In this document: piece after piece, positions 49,416 through 58,450 of the stretch
Layout: the number at the start of each line of letters is the position of its first letter
Numbering within the stretch: position 1 is the stretch's first letter
The notes under the pieces: generated by a model
Database searches by the model: none
Seen by the model: the letters and a program-made list of their open reading frames with translations, nothing else
Told to the model about the DNA's origin: nothing
Made by a program: the position numbers and the translations under genes
Assembly (NCBI GenBank): GCA_024763055.1
Contig: JANTGH010000001.1
Span: 877-64,876 of the forward strand
Origin: Desulfobulbaceae bacterium
Lineage (GTDB): Bacteria; Desulfobacterota; Desulfobulbia; Desulfobulbales; Desulfobulbaceae
Direction of reading: 5' to 3'
Length of the DNA stretch: 64,000 nt

Positions 49416-50480
49416 TTATTTGTCGCGCAGGGTGATGCTAACCCGTCGGTTGAGCCGTCGGCCTTCGGGCGTGGCATTGTCGGCCACCGGATCGGCATAG
49501 CCATACCAGTAGGGTAACAACCGTTTGGCAGCGATATGAAATCTGTTGCGCAGGTAGCGGCGAACACTTTTCGCCCGCCTTTCAGAAAGCCTGATATTAT
49601 ACGCTTCGGTACCGATATTATCGGTGAATCCTGAGAGCACGACATAAGCATGCGGGTTCTTGTAGAGAAATGTTCCAAGCGTGTTCAGGGTTCCTCGATA
49701 CTCTTTTTTTATCACATATTTGTCGAAATCAAAGAGTATGTTGTCAAAACCATTTTTTTTATCGAGGTAGAGCTTGCCAAGCAGATGTTCGGGATGTTCG
49801 GCTATTGTATCGAAATCTATAACCTGGGAACAACTGTTGACCGCTGCCATGTCCGTGAGTAGCTTTTTTTCAGCCGCATCCTTGGCGCTGCTGATGATGG
49901 TGAAGCATACGTCATAATTCTTAGCCAGTTTTTTTGCCTGGGCAAGGGGATCGGGTTCCTTTACTCCTTTAACCCTTGAATCTTGGCCGTTACTGAACAG
50001 AAAGACCTGGGTACGACCGGCAAGACCAAGCAGATATTCCAGTTTCATCAATGCGATCTGGAGCATGGGCGGGCCGGTGGCGTTGGTCGGCAGCCGGTCA
50101 ATGGCCTGCCCGTATTGTTTTTTGTCAAAATTATGCAGGCGGTAATAGGGCTTAAAAGCCTTGGGAGAGCCATTCAACCAGAGACCGCCTTTCCAGTGTG
50201 GGTAAAGACCCGCCTGCCAGCCGAGTTCGGGCAGAGAGTCATTGCTTTTGCGGATAATTTTTTTTTCCATCTCCAGTCTGGTCAGACCGCTTTGTTTGTA
50301 GGGAACAGCCATGGCGGTGGAGGGGTCATAAATGATGAAGAAATTATCGGCCATCCGCAGATAGCGATCTTGTTCCTGTACAGTTGTTATTGATGTCTTT
50401 TGTCCGGAAAAGGCTTGTGGGCCGAGGGAAAGGAGAAAAAGGACAAGGAGCACTACAGTGGAATGACGAGAATTTCGCAT
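49416..50480 (-). CDS. OmpA-family protein with uncharacterised N-terminal domain
   Basis: Signal peptide and a C-terminal OmpA/MotB peptidoglycan-binding block (GFTDNIGTEAYNIRLSERRAKSV...NRRV). Confidence 0.8.
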   Translation of the reverse strand: MRNSRHSTVVLLVLFLLSLGPQAFSGQKTSITTVQEQDRYLRMADNFFIIYDPSTAMAVPYKQSGLTRLEMEKKIIRKSNDSLPELGWQAGLYPHWKGGLWLNGSPKAFKPYYRLHNFDKKQYGQAIDRLPTNATGPPMLQIALMKLEYLLGLAGRTQVFLFSNGQDSRVKGVKEPDPLAQAKKLAKNYDVCFTIISSAKDAAEKKLLTDMAAVNSCSQVIDFDTIAEHPEHLLGKLYLDKKNGFDNILFDFDKYVIKKEYRGTLNTLGTFLYKNPHAYVVLSGFTDNIGTEAYNIRLSERRAKSVRRYLRNRFHIAAKRLLPYWYGYADPVADNATPEGRRLNRRVSITLRDK

Positions 50481-50608
50481 GGGCCTGTTCCTTATAGATG
50501 TATGGGCCTGTTAATTTTCAGGCGATATTAAGGCGATTTGTCTGTTCTTTGAGTATACCTGCCGGAATTGATTACTGTCAAGGCAACATCCCTTTCGTGC
50601 TCGCATTC

Positions 50609-51358
50609 TCAATTCAGGATGATTAGTTCGCCATCTTTTGGGAGCAACAACCCGGGATGTTGTTTAAGTAACTCTTCGATTGCCGTTTTTTGCACCTGTC
50701 TTGTTGTCCGTTCTATGTGAAGGAGGGCAAGTTGTTTGATGTTTTCATCCTCCATGAGCTGCAGGCATCCGTTAATTGAGCCATGTCCGGGTACGGAGTT
50801 GTGCAGGGTAAAGGCCTCGTGCAGGGCAAGGTCACAGCCATGGATTAGTCGGCGGCTTTTTGCCGTTGGTCTGCCGTCGCCGCTGTAATAGAGCCGGTGG
50901 ATGCCGTCATCGATAAGGAGACCGTAGTTGCGCTGGGAATGGGCGCTTTGTTCGGCCTGCAGCTGTAAGCCCTCAATCAGAAGAGGTGAGCCCGGTGTGA
51001 TGGTGTGAAACTGCAGAGGAAAGCTCAGCTTTTCAGCAAAACCGGGATAGGCGAGCTCCAGGGCGGTAATGCTTTTTTCTTCAAGTTCCTGCTGACCGAT
51101 CAACTGCAGGGGTTTATGCCTTCCCATTTCCCAGAAGCGCAGCAACAGGAGCGGCAGACCGAAAAAATGATCGCCGTGAAAGTGCGATACCCAGACAAAG
51201 TCGAGACAATCTGGTTCATCGCAATAGCCAAAAAAACGATGGGGTACGGAAAAACCGCAATCCAGCAGGATTGTCGAGTTTTTTGTAGTAATCAGGGCGG
51301 AAGTATTGCCGTGTCGACTGTCGCAGGCTTCACCAACGCCTAAACAAAGAACCTGCAC
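50609..51358 (-). CDS. MBL-fold metallo-hydrolase (RNase Z/BN-like size class)
   Basis: HFHGDH metal-binding motif. 249 aa. Confidence 0.8.
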   Translation of the reverse strand: MQVLCLGVGEACDSRHGNTSALITTKNSTILLDCGFSVPHRFFGYCDEPDCLDFVWVSHFHGDHFFGLPLLLLRFWEMGRHKPLQLIGQQELEEKSITALELAYPGFAEKLSFPLQFHTITPGSPLLIEGLQLQAEQSAHSQRNYGLLIDDGIHRLYYSGDGRPTAKSRRLIHGCDLALHEAFTLHNSVPGHGSINGCLQLMEDENIKQLALLHIERTTRQVQKTAIEELLKQHPGLLLPKDGELIILN

Positions 51359-51363
51359 TGGAA

Positions 51364-51726
51364 TTAATCCCGTTCTTTTATCGGAATGTCGCCGGATATC
51401 GGGCTGACGGTTTCAACGATACCGGCAAAGACCCCGGCCTTATACCAGGGGACCTGCTGAATAAGCCTGCGCCCGGATTTACGCTCGGTGATGTAGATGT
51501 TTGTCTGCTGCGTCTGCAACTGTCTGCTGATGATGTTATTGGCCGGTTCCGGGTGGCAGTCGAACAGGCTGGTGCCAATCAGCCCGGCGCCGCCGCGCTT
51601 TTTAAATTGTTCTATGGAGCGATTGTTCATGGCGATAATAATACCTTCCGTGTCGCAGACCGTGACCGCTGCAGGATAGTCTTGTATCCAGTCAAAATTT
51701 TTTATATTTGTATTTTTCATGACCAT
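51364..51726 (-). CDS. Stand-alone PAS-like domain protein
   Basis: 120 aa. The pattern D..G.I...N......F.......G.....C.. is PAS-like. Weak call. Confidence 0.5.
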   Translation of the reverse strand: MVMKNTNIKNFDWIQDYPAAVTVCDTEGIIIAMNNRSIEQFKKRGGAGLIGTSLFDCHPEPANNIISRQLQTQQTNIYITERKSGRRLIQQVPWYKAGVFAGIVETVSPISGDIPIKERD

Positions 51727-51729
51727 GGA

Positions 51730-52326
51730 TCATCTTTCTTTTTTTGTCGGCCCCTTCGGGAAGTGGACATGATACTCCAGCTCGACCGGTGTAAAGGGAA
51801 GAAGGGCGAATATGGCCTCTTCCATTTGTAGACAGCGTTCAAAGTTTTCCCGGATTAATGCATGGCGCTTCGGGTCATTGTTGCCGTACTGGTTGATAAT
51901 ATATTCAAGTCGCTGCTTAAGACTGACAATTTGCGCATGCCGGACCCGTTTATCGGCATAGTAGACAATTTCCCGGGCTGTGAACAGGCCGCTTTCGTAC
52001 CGGGCCGGGTCATGCTCCTGCAGGATGACATGTTCTTTTACAATTCCGGCGACTTCAGGATAGCCGTGCCGCTTACATATTTCCGCTCCAAAGGCGGCAT
52101 GGTCACAGGATCCGTCGAGGCATGGGGTTTTGGCAATATCGTGCAACAGCGCCCCTGCAAGTACAAGGGCCCGGTCAGGAACCGGCGTCGACCCGGATTC
52201 ATTTTCAAGGCCGGCAACAAGGGTATCCGCCACCCGTGCAACGACGAGGGAGTGATGGCGGATGTTGTTTAACATCTTGTATTCGTCCATAAGACGGATA
52301 CAGGTTACGGTATCAGGAATGGTCAT
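51730..52326 (-). CDS. HD-domain (HDIG-type) phosphohydrolase
   Basis: H...LLHDIAKT motif. 198 aa. Confidence 0.8.
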   Translation of the reverse strand: MTIPDTVTCIRLMDEYKMLNNIRHHSLVVARVADTLVAGLENESGSTPVPDRALVLAGALLHDIAKTPCLDGSCDHAAFGAEICKRHGYPEVAGIVKEHVILQEHDPARYESGLFTAREIVYYADKRVRHAQIVSLKQRLEYIINQYGNNDPKRHALIRENFERCLQMEEAIFALLPFTPVELEYHVHFPKGPTKKER

Positions 52327-52347
52327 CTGTTTATTGAATAATTATCT

Positions 52348-53376
52348 TCAGCGGACGGAAAATTCATGCACGGCATCCACGGCAATTCGTACCTGTTCCG
52401 GTGGGGTTTGTGGGACAACGCCATGCCCGAGATTGAAAATATGCCCTTTTGCTCCGCGCGCGTCTTCAAGGAGCTTTTTGATGCGGTTTTTAAGGTCCTT
52501 TTCAGGAAGGAACAGGGCAATGGGATCCAGGTTGCCCTGGACCGCATGATTGCCTACCCTCATTATGGCATTTTTTATGTTTATGCGCCAGTCAAGGCCC
52601 AGTACATCTGCGCCTGCAGTCACTGTATGTTCAATCAGCGTTGAGCCGTTGTTGGCAAAATAAATGATCGGCACATCAGTCATTCGCCTAAGATCGCTAA
52701 TGATTGACTGCACGTAAGGCAGGGCAAAACGGGCATAGTCGCAGGGCGCAAGGATGCCCGCCCAGGAATCAAAGATTTGCAGTGCCTGAGCCCCGGTCTT
52801 TGCCTGGGCCTGCAGGTACAGACTGGTGCATCGGCTGATTTTTTCAAGCAGATGGTGATAGAGTTCCGGTGCCTGAAACATCATTTTTTTTGTTTGGAGA
52901 AAAACCTTGGAGGAACCGCCTTCAATCAGGTAGGTGGCCAGGGTAAACGGGGCACCGGAAAAGCCGATCAGCGGCACCTTGAGTTCGGCCCTGAGCAGTT
53001 TAATAGTTTTCAGAACGAAAGGCATGGTGGCCGTCGGATCGGGAATAATCAGGGCCTCTACATCTTTTTCGCTCTGTATCGGATTGGGAAAGACCGGTCC
53101 TCTTCCCTCTTGAAATTCCAGCGTCAGTCCCATGGCCTCCATGGGAATAAGGATATCGGAAAAGAGTATGGCCGCATCCATGCCGAAGATGTCGACGGGC
53201 TGCAGCGTGACCTCGGTGCATCGGGCCGGATCTTTGCACAGGTCGAGAAATGTACCTTTGCCGCGTGCCCGGACTTCAAGATACTGGGGCAGATAGCGGC
53301 CTGCCTGCCGCATGATCCAGATGGGGGTATAGTCGGTTTTTTCACCACGGCAGGCTTTGAGAAAGGTGTCATTCAT
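52348..53376 (-). CDS. hemE: Uroporphyrinogen decarboxylase
   Basis: The IWIMRQAGRYLPQY signature near the N-terminus, and full-length URO-D. Confidence 0.95.
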   Translation of the reverse strand: MNDTFLKACRGEKTDYTPIWIMRQAGRYLPQYLEVRARGKGTFLDLCKDPARCTEVTLQPVDIFGMDAAILFSDILIPMEAMGLTLEFQEGRGPVFPNPIQSEKDVEALIIPDPTATMPFVLKTIKLLRAELKVPLIGFSGAPFTLATYLIEGGSSKVFLQTKKMMFQAPELYHHLLEKISRCTSLYLQAQAKTGAQALQIFDSWAGILAPCDYARFALPYVQSIISDLRRMTDVPIIYFANNGSTLIEHTVTAGADVLGLDWRINIKNAIMRVGNHAVQGNLDPIALFLPEKDLKNRIKKLLEDARGAKGHIFNLGHGVVPQTPPEQVRIAVDAVHEFSVR

Positions 53377-53409
53377 GGCTGTTGGTTTCGGTTGGAGGTC
53401 TTTTTTACA

Positions 53410-53473
53410 AACGCTTAAACGCTTAAACGTTTGAACGCTTGAACGCTTGAACGCTTGAACGCTCGAACGTTTT
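53410..53473. repeat. Tandem octamer repeat (AACGCTTR) x 8
   Basis: The sequence reads aacgctta aacgctta aacgtttg aacgcttg aacgcttg aacgcttg aacgctcg aacgtttt. It abuts the rSAM stop codon and lies 34-97 nt upstream of the hemE start. Confidence 0.9.
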
Positions 53474-54523
53474 TCACTTCGGCTGATAACTGCAAAAAGG
53501 TTCCTGGGCCAGGTAGTCTCCGCTCATGGCATAGGCCCTGGCCCGGCATCCGCCGCAGACGTTAACGTATTCGCAGCGGCCGCAGGTTCCTTTGTAACTT
53601 TTAAAGTCACGCAGTTCAAGAAACAGTTTCGAGTTTTCCCAGATGTCCTGAAAGGACTGCTCCCGTATATTGCCTGCGGCCTTGGGGAAGTAACTGCAGG
53701 GAAGGACATTGCCGTCCACATCAATCAGACAGATCAGCTGGCCGGCCAGGCAGCCCTTGGAGCCACCGGTGGAAAATTTCAGATTGCGGCGTTGGAATTT
53801 TTTTCCTTCTTCTTTTGCCCGCTGGAGAACAATCCGGTAATATTGCGGTGCGCAAGTGGGGCGAACCAGCATGTCCGATTCCCCTTTTTCCATGTCGTAA
53901 TGCCAGTTGAGCATGTCTTCGTATTCGGATTCCGGAATTAACTCTTCCATGATTTCTTCACCCCGGCCGGTGGGCACGATCATGAAGAGATACCAGGCAG
54001 TTGCACCCAGTCCCTTGACTAGTTCATAAATTTTGGGCGCTTCTTTCTGGTTTCTTTTAGTAAACGAGGAGTTGATGAGAAACGGGATGCCATGTTCGTT
54101 AAAAAGTTTGATGGCATCCATGGTTCCGTCGAATGCCCCGGGCTGATTACGGAAATCATCGTGGATGGCAGCACTTGCCCCGTCAAGGCTGAGGGAGACC
54201 ATTTTGACGCCGGAGTCCTTGATTCCTTTGCAGACCTCCTGATTAACCAGGGTGCCGTTGGTGGCCATGCACATCCGCAGGCCAAGGCCGGTTCCGTAGG
54301 TTGCGATATCAAAAATATCATCACGAAGCAGGGGCTCGCCTCCTGAAAGGACGATCACGGGGTCGGCATAGCTGTGGATATCGTCAAGAACGCGTTGAGC
54401 TTCATCAAGGGAGAAGTCCGGATGTCCGTTGACCTCAAGTTCCGAGGAAGAGCGGCAATGAACACATTTCAGGTTACAGCGGCGGGTGGTTTCCCAGGCG
54501 ATCCACTTGGGTTCAAAATCCAT
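53474..54523 (-). CDS. Radical SAM/SPASM protein, AhbD/AhbC/NirJ family (heme-related)
   Basis: CNLKCVHC cluster, TCAPQYYRI block and C-terminal SPASM cysteines ([18 protein letters not shown]). I prefer the ATG at 54523 (MDFEPKW...), which is preceded by GGAGA. The track ORF extends to 54691. Confidence 0.75.
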   Translation of the reverse strand: MDFEPKWIAWETTRRCNLKCVHCRSSSELEVNGHPDFSLDEAQRVLDDIHSYADPVIVLSGGEPLLRDDIFDIATYGTGLGLRMCMATNGTLVNQEVCKGIKDSGVKMVSLSLDGASAAIHDDFRNQPGAFDGTMDAIKLFNEHGIPFLINSSFTKRNQKEAPKIYELVKGLGATAWYLFMIVPTGRGEEIMEELIPESEYEDMLNWHYDMEKGESDMLVRPTCAPQYYRIVLQRAKEEGKKFQRRNLKFSTGGSKGCLAGQLICLIDVDGNVLPCSYFPKAAGNIREQSFQDIWENSKLFLELRDFKSYKGTCGRCEYVNVCGGCRARAYAMSGDYLAQEPFCSYQPK

Positions 54524-54808
54524 GGTATTCTCCAAAAAATACAGCGTGCTGAGCACAATTATTTTTATTCCAGCAACGTGAAGAAATGAAAATATTACAA
54601 CTATATTCTTCTTCTTCATACGGGTCAACCGCTTTGTAATTTCGACGGGAATTCCTCTTGTAAAGGGAGTACGCCTGTGTAACAATATCACAGGCGGCCT
54701 TGAAAAATTGTATTTTCGTCCACGTTTCCGGAAGAGGATTCGCAGATAAGGAGTGTAACGAAGACTTCGGGCTTGCTTGCCTGATATTGAACTGAAGTTT
54801 TAATTTTT

Positions 54809-54916
54809 GTAACTGTTCAGGAGCACCCCATCTTCACTCATTTCGGCCTTCTCGAATAGCACAAGTATGCTTCAAAGACCTAAATAAGCAAATATGTGGC
54901 ACTCCTGAACAGTTAC
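54809..54916. repeat. MITE-like repeat, GTAAsnGTTCAsSAG-TIR family, copy 3 (short form)
   Basis: GTAACTGTTCAGGAGCACC at the left and GGCACTCCTGAACAGTTAC at the right. It shares CTTCTCGAATAGCACAAGTATGCTTCAAAG with 28095-28399. Confidence 0.6.
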
Positions 54917-55057
54917 ATTCCGGAGTAAGTGCAAGTTTTTTGCATCTATCTGAATAGTTACTAATTTTTCATGGTATCCGGAGAAGTTGGAGCGTCGTGC
55001 AAGGCAACGGAAGAATGTCTTCCGTCTATTTACTTTCTTTAATTAAGGAGGTTTTAT

Positions 55058-55543
55058 ATGCAGGAAATTACGACCGTATTGACCCCCATTGATTTTTCTG
55101 ATAATGCCGGCAAAATTGCCAGGGCAGCAGCCTATGTGGCCGGAACCTTCAAAGCGGAACTCTATTTTGTTTTTGTGGTACAGAATTTTGAGGATTACAG
55201 TGGTTTTTTTGTGCCCCCGGTGAGTATGCCCAATCTCGAAGAGGAGCTTTTTCAATCTGCCCAGGAGCGGATGGACACCTTCATGACCGAGAATAAGACG
55301 ATCCTGGAAGGATATGGTTTAAACGGGGTGAAGAGCAAGGTTTTGGCAGGGGATGTTGGTGAAGAAATTTTAAGTTTTGCCACCGAGATCAACTGTAATT
55401 TGATTATTATGGGTACCCATGGCTACAAGGGGCTGGAACGTATCATGTTCGGTTCTGTCGCCGATAAGGTTGTAAAGACTGCCTGTTGTCCTGTTCTGAC
55501 TATCAATCCCTATCGGGAAGAATGCGAGGAAGAGGCAGAATAA
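55058..55543 (+). CDS. Universal stress protein (UspA family)
   Basis: GTHGYKGLERIMFGSVADKVV C-terminal ATP-binding motif region. 161 aa. Confidence 0.85.
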   Translation: MQEITTVLTPIDFSDNAGKIARAAAYVAGTFKAELYFVFVVQNFEDYSGFFVPPVSMPNLEEELFQSAQERMDTFMTENKTILEGYGLNGVKSKVLAGDVGEEILSFATEINCNLIIMGTHGYKGLERIMFGSVADKVVKTACCPVLTINPYREECEEEAE

Positions 55544-56853
55544 TTACCGGAAAGAATCAGTGTCTGGATTTGCATTCTGCAGGTCCGGATAAAAATTATC
55601 ATCGGCAAACTGTCCATACCTATGAATCGGTACGATCCGGTCGAGGTGTTGACTGGAATCTGCAGCCGAAGGTTTTTAAACGATACCCTTCGGAGTTTGC
55701 GGAAATTTCTCTTACTGGCTTGCCCTCTCTGCGGGCATTTCTGCACCACTGTTGCGGCTTGACGAAAAAGAAGACCTACCCGGGTGGCAGTTATTTTCTT
55801 CGGGCCAACCCTTCGGCCGGCGCCCTGTATCCCTGTGAGGTATATTTACAGGCCAGGGGTATTTCCGGAATTGTTGATGCCATCTATCAATATGAGCCTT
55901 TTTCCGAAAAACTTCGGTTGCTTCATCCTCTTGGACCGAGAGAGGGGCTAGAAGGATACTGGCACCGGGATGGTAAGGTGGAAGGGTTGGTTCTGCTCGT
56001 TACTGCCATCTATTACCGGTCCAGTTGGAAATACGGGCATAGGGCGCTTCGTTATTGTCTGCTTGACAGTGGCCATCTGCTGGGCGGAATAGAGGCCGCT
56101 GCCTGCTGCAGGGAACAAAATTACTCATTTGTTACCCGTTTTAATCGGAATCGGATGCAGAAAGATTTTGGCTTTAAGGGTCGTGAACTACCTATGGCTA
56201 TGGGAGTTTGTGGAAAAGAGAAGAGAGGACAAGTCGTTTGTCCGGATATTGACCTGCCCTTTATCAATGGAAGTGGTTCTTTTTGTCGGGACCCGGTTAT
56301 TGAAGAGGGATTTGCGCAGGCCGCCGTACCCGCTAATTGCCGAAAAGGTGTTGGTGAAAGCCCATATTCCGTTCAGTCGGAAATCCTTGTTGATGCTATT
56401 CTCAGTCGGCGGTCCATTCGGAAATTTACGGGACAGTTAACCCTGCACAGGGAGTATGAGGCCGTGCTTCATACTGCCATGACAAGTCTTGCCATTGATT
56501 GCGATGAGCCGCTTGATATTTTTGCGTTGGTGAACCGGGTGAAGGGTATGGAGCCTGGTTTGTATAAAAATAATCGCTGCCTGCGTTCCGGTAATTTTTC
56601 CAATCGAGGGGGTTACCTCTGCCTGGAACAGGATCTCGGTGCGGACAGCGCGGTGACTTTCTTTCTGGTTGGTGATTCGAAAAATTACCTTCCCTTGATG
56701 CTTAAGGCAGGGCTGGTAGGTCAAAGGATATATTTAAGCTCTGAGTTGCAGAGGCTTGGCTGCAGCGGTATAGGAGCTTTCTATGACCGGGAGGTAGCTG
56801 ATTTTCTTGAAACCGATGGTTTGGTTCTTTACGCCCTGGCCATTGGCCGGTAA
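55486..56853 (+). CDS. SagB-type dehydrogenase / tandem nitroreductase-fold protein
   Basis: YHRQTVHTYESV...QPKVFKRYP start typical of the SagB-type family, with two nitroreductase-like halves. The true start is uncertain. It is probably a non-ATG codon near 55560, because the track start overlaps usp by 58 nt. Confidence 0.7.
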   Translation: MSCSDYQSLSGRMRGRGRIITGKNQCLDLHSAGPDKNYHRQTVHTYESVRSGRGVDWNLQPKVFKRYPSEFAEISLTGLPSLRAFLHHCCGLTKKKTYPGGSYFLRANPSAGALYPCEVYLQARGISGIVDAIYQYEPFSEKLRLLHPLGPREGLEGYWHRDGKVEGLVLLVTAIYYRSSWKYGHRALRYCLLDSGHLLGGIEAAACCREQNYSFVTRFNRNRMQKDFGFKGRELPMAMGVCGKEKRGQVVCPDIDLPFINGSGSFCRDPVIEEGFAQAAVPANCRKGVGESPYSVQSEILVDAILSRRSIRKFTGQLTLHREYEAVLHTAMTSLAIDCDEPLDIFALVNRVKGMEPGLYKNNRCLRSGNFSNRGGYLCLEQDLGADSAVTFFLVGDSKNYLPLMLKAGLVGQRIYLSSELQRLGCSGIGAFYDREVADFLETDGLVLYALAIGR

Positions 56854-56889
56854 CTGAAAGAAGAGAGCCGAAGGACTCTCTTCTTTCAG
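56854..56889. terminator. Strong hairpin between convergent genes
   Basis: Perfect 14-bp stem CTGAAAGAAGAGAG / CTCTCTTCTTTCAG with an 8-nt loop. No U-tract on either side. Confidence 0.5.
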
Positions 56890-56917
56890 AGTTGAAAACC
56901 GTTTATTACCTGGTGTA

Positions 56918-58036
56918 TCAATGAGTAAGGGCCAACTTGTTTTTCAGGACAAACAGAAAAAAATGGGTAACAATACTACACTCGCCTGCAAGATTACGTA
57001 GCCTGTGTTGTATTGTCTTATACAGTGGTAACGGTGCGCCAGCGAGGGCCGTTTGGAAGGCCATTTGTCGGGCTGTCAGGCGAAATTCTTCCAAACTGTC
57101 CGCAGTTTGGCCGCTCATGGCTGCCATAATGGACGGCATGGAACAGGCAGGTAGCTCATAGCGTTTCCAACCGCCGGGAAGTTTCATAAAAAAATGAATT
57201 CCGCGCCGTTGCACCCTGTTGCCCATGACCACGGTCTGGGCAATTGTCTCGGCCGGAATTTGCGGCCGTGAAAAATCGATAATGGTTGCAGCCTTCGGAA
57301 TTCGCCGGTGGAGACTGCAACCCATGAAATCTTTGCCTCTGGGCAGAAGATTGATAACAACATCCGCCTGTTCCAGCTGGCGGTCGGTTTCCTGCTCATC
57401 AGCTAATTTAACACTCCCTTTCCTGGTATACCTGACACCAACCATGGATAACCGGTAGCCGTCATCACCAAGATGGTGTTCCAGTTGCTCGCCGAGTTCT
57501 CCCCCGCCAAGAATGGCCACTGAGACCTGCCAGGGCATTTTTCCAATTGCGGTGGCCAAGTGACCGACTGCTTCCTGAATACTGAAAATATTGCCGTAGG
57601 TACTGCTGTAAAAGGGGGGAACCATGGGGATGCCGTGCCGTTTTTCAAATATCGGTCCTAACTGTCCGGCAAGCCCTATTGTTTGTGCCCCGGAGAGGTT
57701 TTTGATCCAGAGCATACGTCTGGTTATGTTGTTGACAAGGGACCTGTTTTTCTTGCGCATCAATTCCAGGGCCGGATTGGGGATAACAAGATACAATCCC
57801 ACCGGCAGCCAGCCATTCATAATCAAGCCGGCCGGAGTGGGGCGTCCGGAAAAAAACCGTCGCAACCAGGGGACATCGGGACAGAAGTCAAGACATTCCG
57901 AACTATCCGTCGGATAGATGAGGAACACGGTTTTAAATATTCCGGTCCGTCCGGCGGTCCAAATCAACATCCATATCGGCCATCGTAAAAGAAGAGCATA
58001 CACCAGAAAGCTCAACTGCCGCAGATACCTTTTCAT
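56918..58036 (-). CDS. Membrane-anchored Rossmann-fold protein resembling the acyl-ACP reductase/shikimate-DH-like family
   Basis: The ATG at 58036 follows AAAGGAGG. It has an N-terminal TM helix. AILGGGELGEQL is a dinucleotide-binding loop. Block order (IGLAGQLGPIFEK, SSTYGNIF, VAILGGGELG) parallels cyanobacterial acyl-ACP reductases as I recall them. Confidence 0.45.
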   Translation of the reverse strand: MKRYLRQLSFLVYALLLRWPIWMLIWTAGRTGIFKTVFLIYPTDSSECLDFCPDVPWLRRFFSGRPTPAGLIMNGWLPVGLYLVIPNPALELMRKKNRSLVNNITRRMLWIKNLSGAQTIGLAGQLGPIFEKRHGIPMVPPFYSSTYGNIFSIQEAVGHLATAIGKMPWQVSVAILGGGELGEQLEHHLGDDGYRLSMVGVRYTRKGSVKLADEQETDRQLEQADVVINLLPRGKDFMGCSLHRRIPKAATIIDFSRPQIPAETIAQTVVMGNRVQRRGIHFFMKLPGGWKRYELPACSMPSIMAAMSGQTADSLEEFRLTARQMAFQTALAGAPLPLYKTIQHRLRNLAGECSIVTHFFLFVLKNKLALTH

Positions 58037-58242
58037 TGTTTCCTCCTTTAATGCATATTCAGCCTTAATGCACCAGCAGTGCACGGATGATGGAAAACAA
58101 CGTCCTTTTTATCTTCCAGTCAGTTGCAACACACCGTTCAAATTTATACCTTGTATCAATGTGTTGAGTTTTTTTCGTTTTTATTTTGTTCTTAAGATTT
58201 TCTTGCTCCTCTGCTTGAATGCATATCTATGTAAAAAGGGTG

Positions 58243-58272
58243 TATTGATTCCCAATGGAATCAATATTTTTT
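58243..58272. terminator. Perfect 10-bp hairpin plus T-run in an AT-rich spacer
   Basis: TATTGATTCC-caat-GGAATCAATA followed by TTTTTT on the + strand. On the - strand it lies about 180 nt downstream of the kinase gene. Function unclear. Confidence 0.35.
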
Positions 58273-58450
58273 ATAGCTCCGTGTGTTTTAACTATTTGTT
58301 TTTTCACCTGTTTGTTGACCGTGGCTCAGGAGTTGTTTTTTTGACGTCTCTTAATATTTACCAAAAATTTATGCAATAAAAAGACCAGTTTACATACTGA
58401 TAACGCGGCTTGTGGAAAAAAACAACCATTTAATATGGAGTTGAGTTGAT

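Noticed and set aside
53410-53473. Possible CRISPR array, from the tandem octamers or the repeated 177-bp elements.
   Set aside because: The octamers are contiguous 8-bp units without spacers. The 177-bp copies are 10 kb apart and inverted. No cas genes are present. Neither matches CRISPR architecture.
54524-54691. N-terminal extensions in the ORF track: rSAM to 54691, kinase to 60454, Rossmann protein to 58084, lon to 3769, the secreted protein from 10404 and ACT from 16269.
   Set aside because: In each case an internal start has a good Shine-Dalgarno sequence and coincides with the beginning of the conserved domain or signal peptide. The extensions are non-conserved-looking or overlap the neighbouring gene.
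54893-54916. TGGCAC string resembling a sigma-54 -24 element (GTGGCACTCCTGAACAG).
   Set aside because: There is no TTGC -12 element at the required spacing, and the string is simply the right terminal inverted repeat of the MITE-like element.
55486-56853. SagB-type gene as a marker of a thiazole/oxazole-modified peptide (TOMM) biosynthetic cluster.
   Set aside because: There is no YcaO, E1-like partner, precursor peptide or exporter nearby. The neighbours are usp and an unrelated convergent gene.
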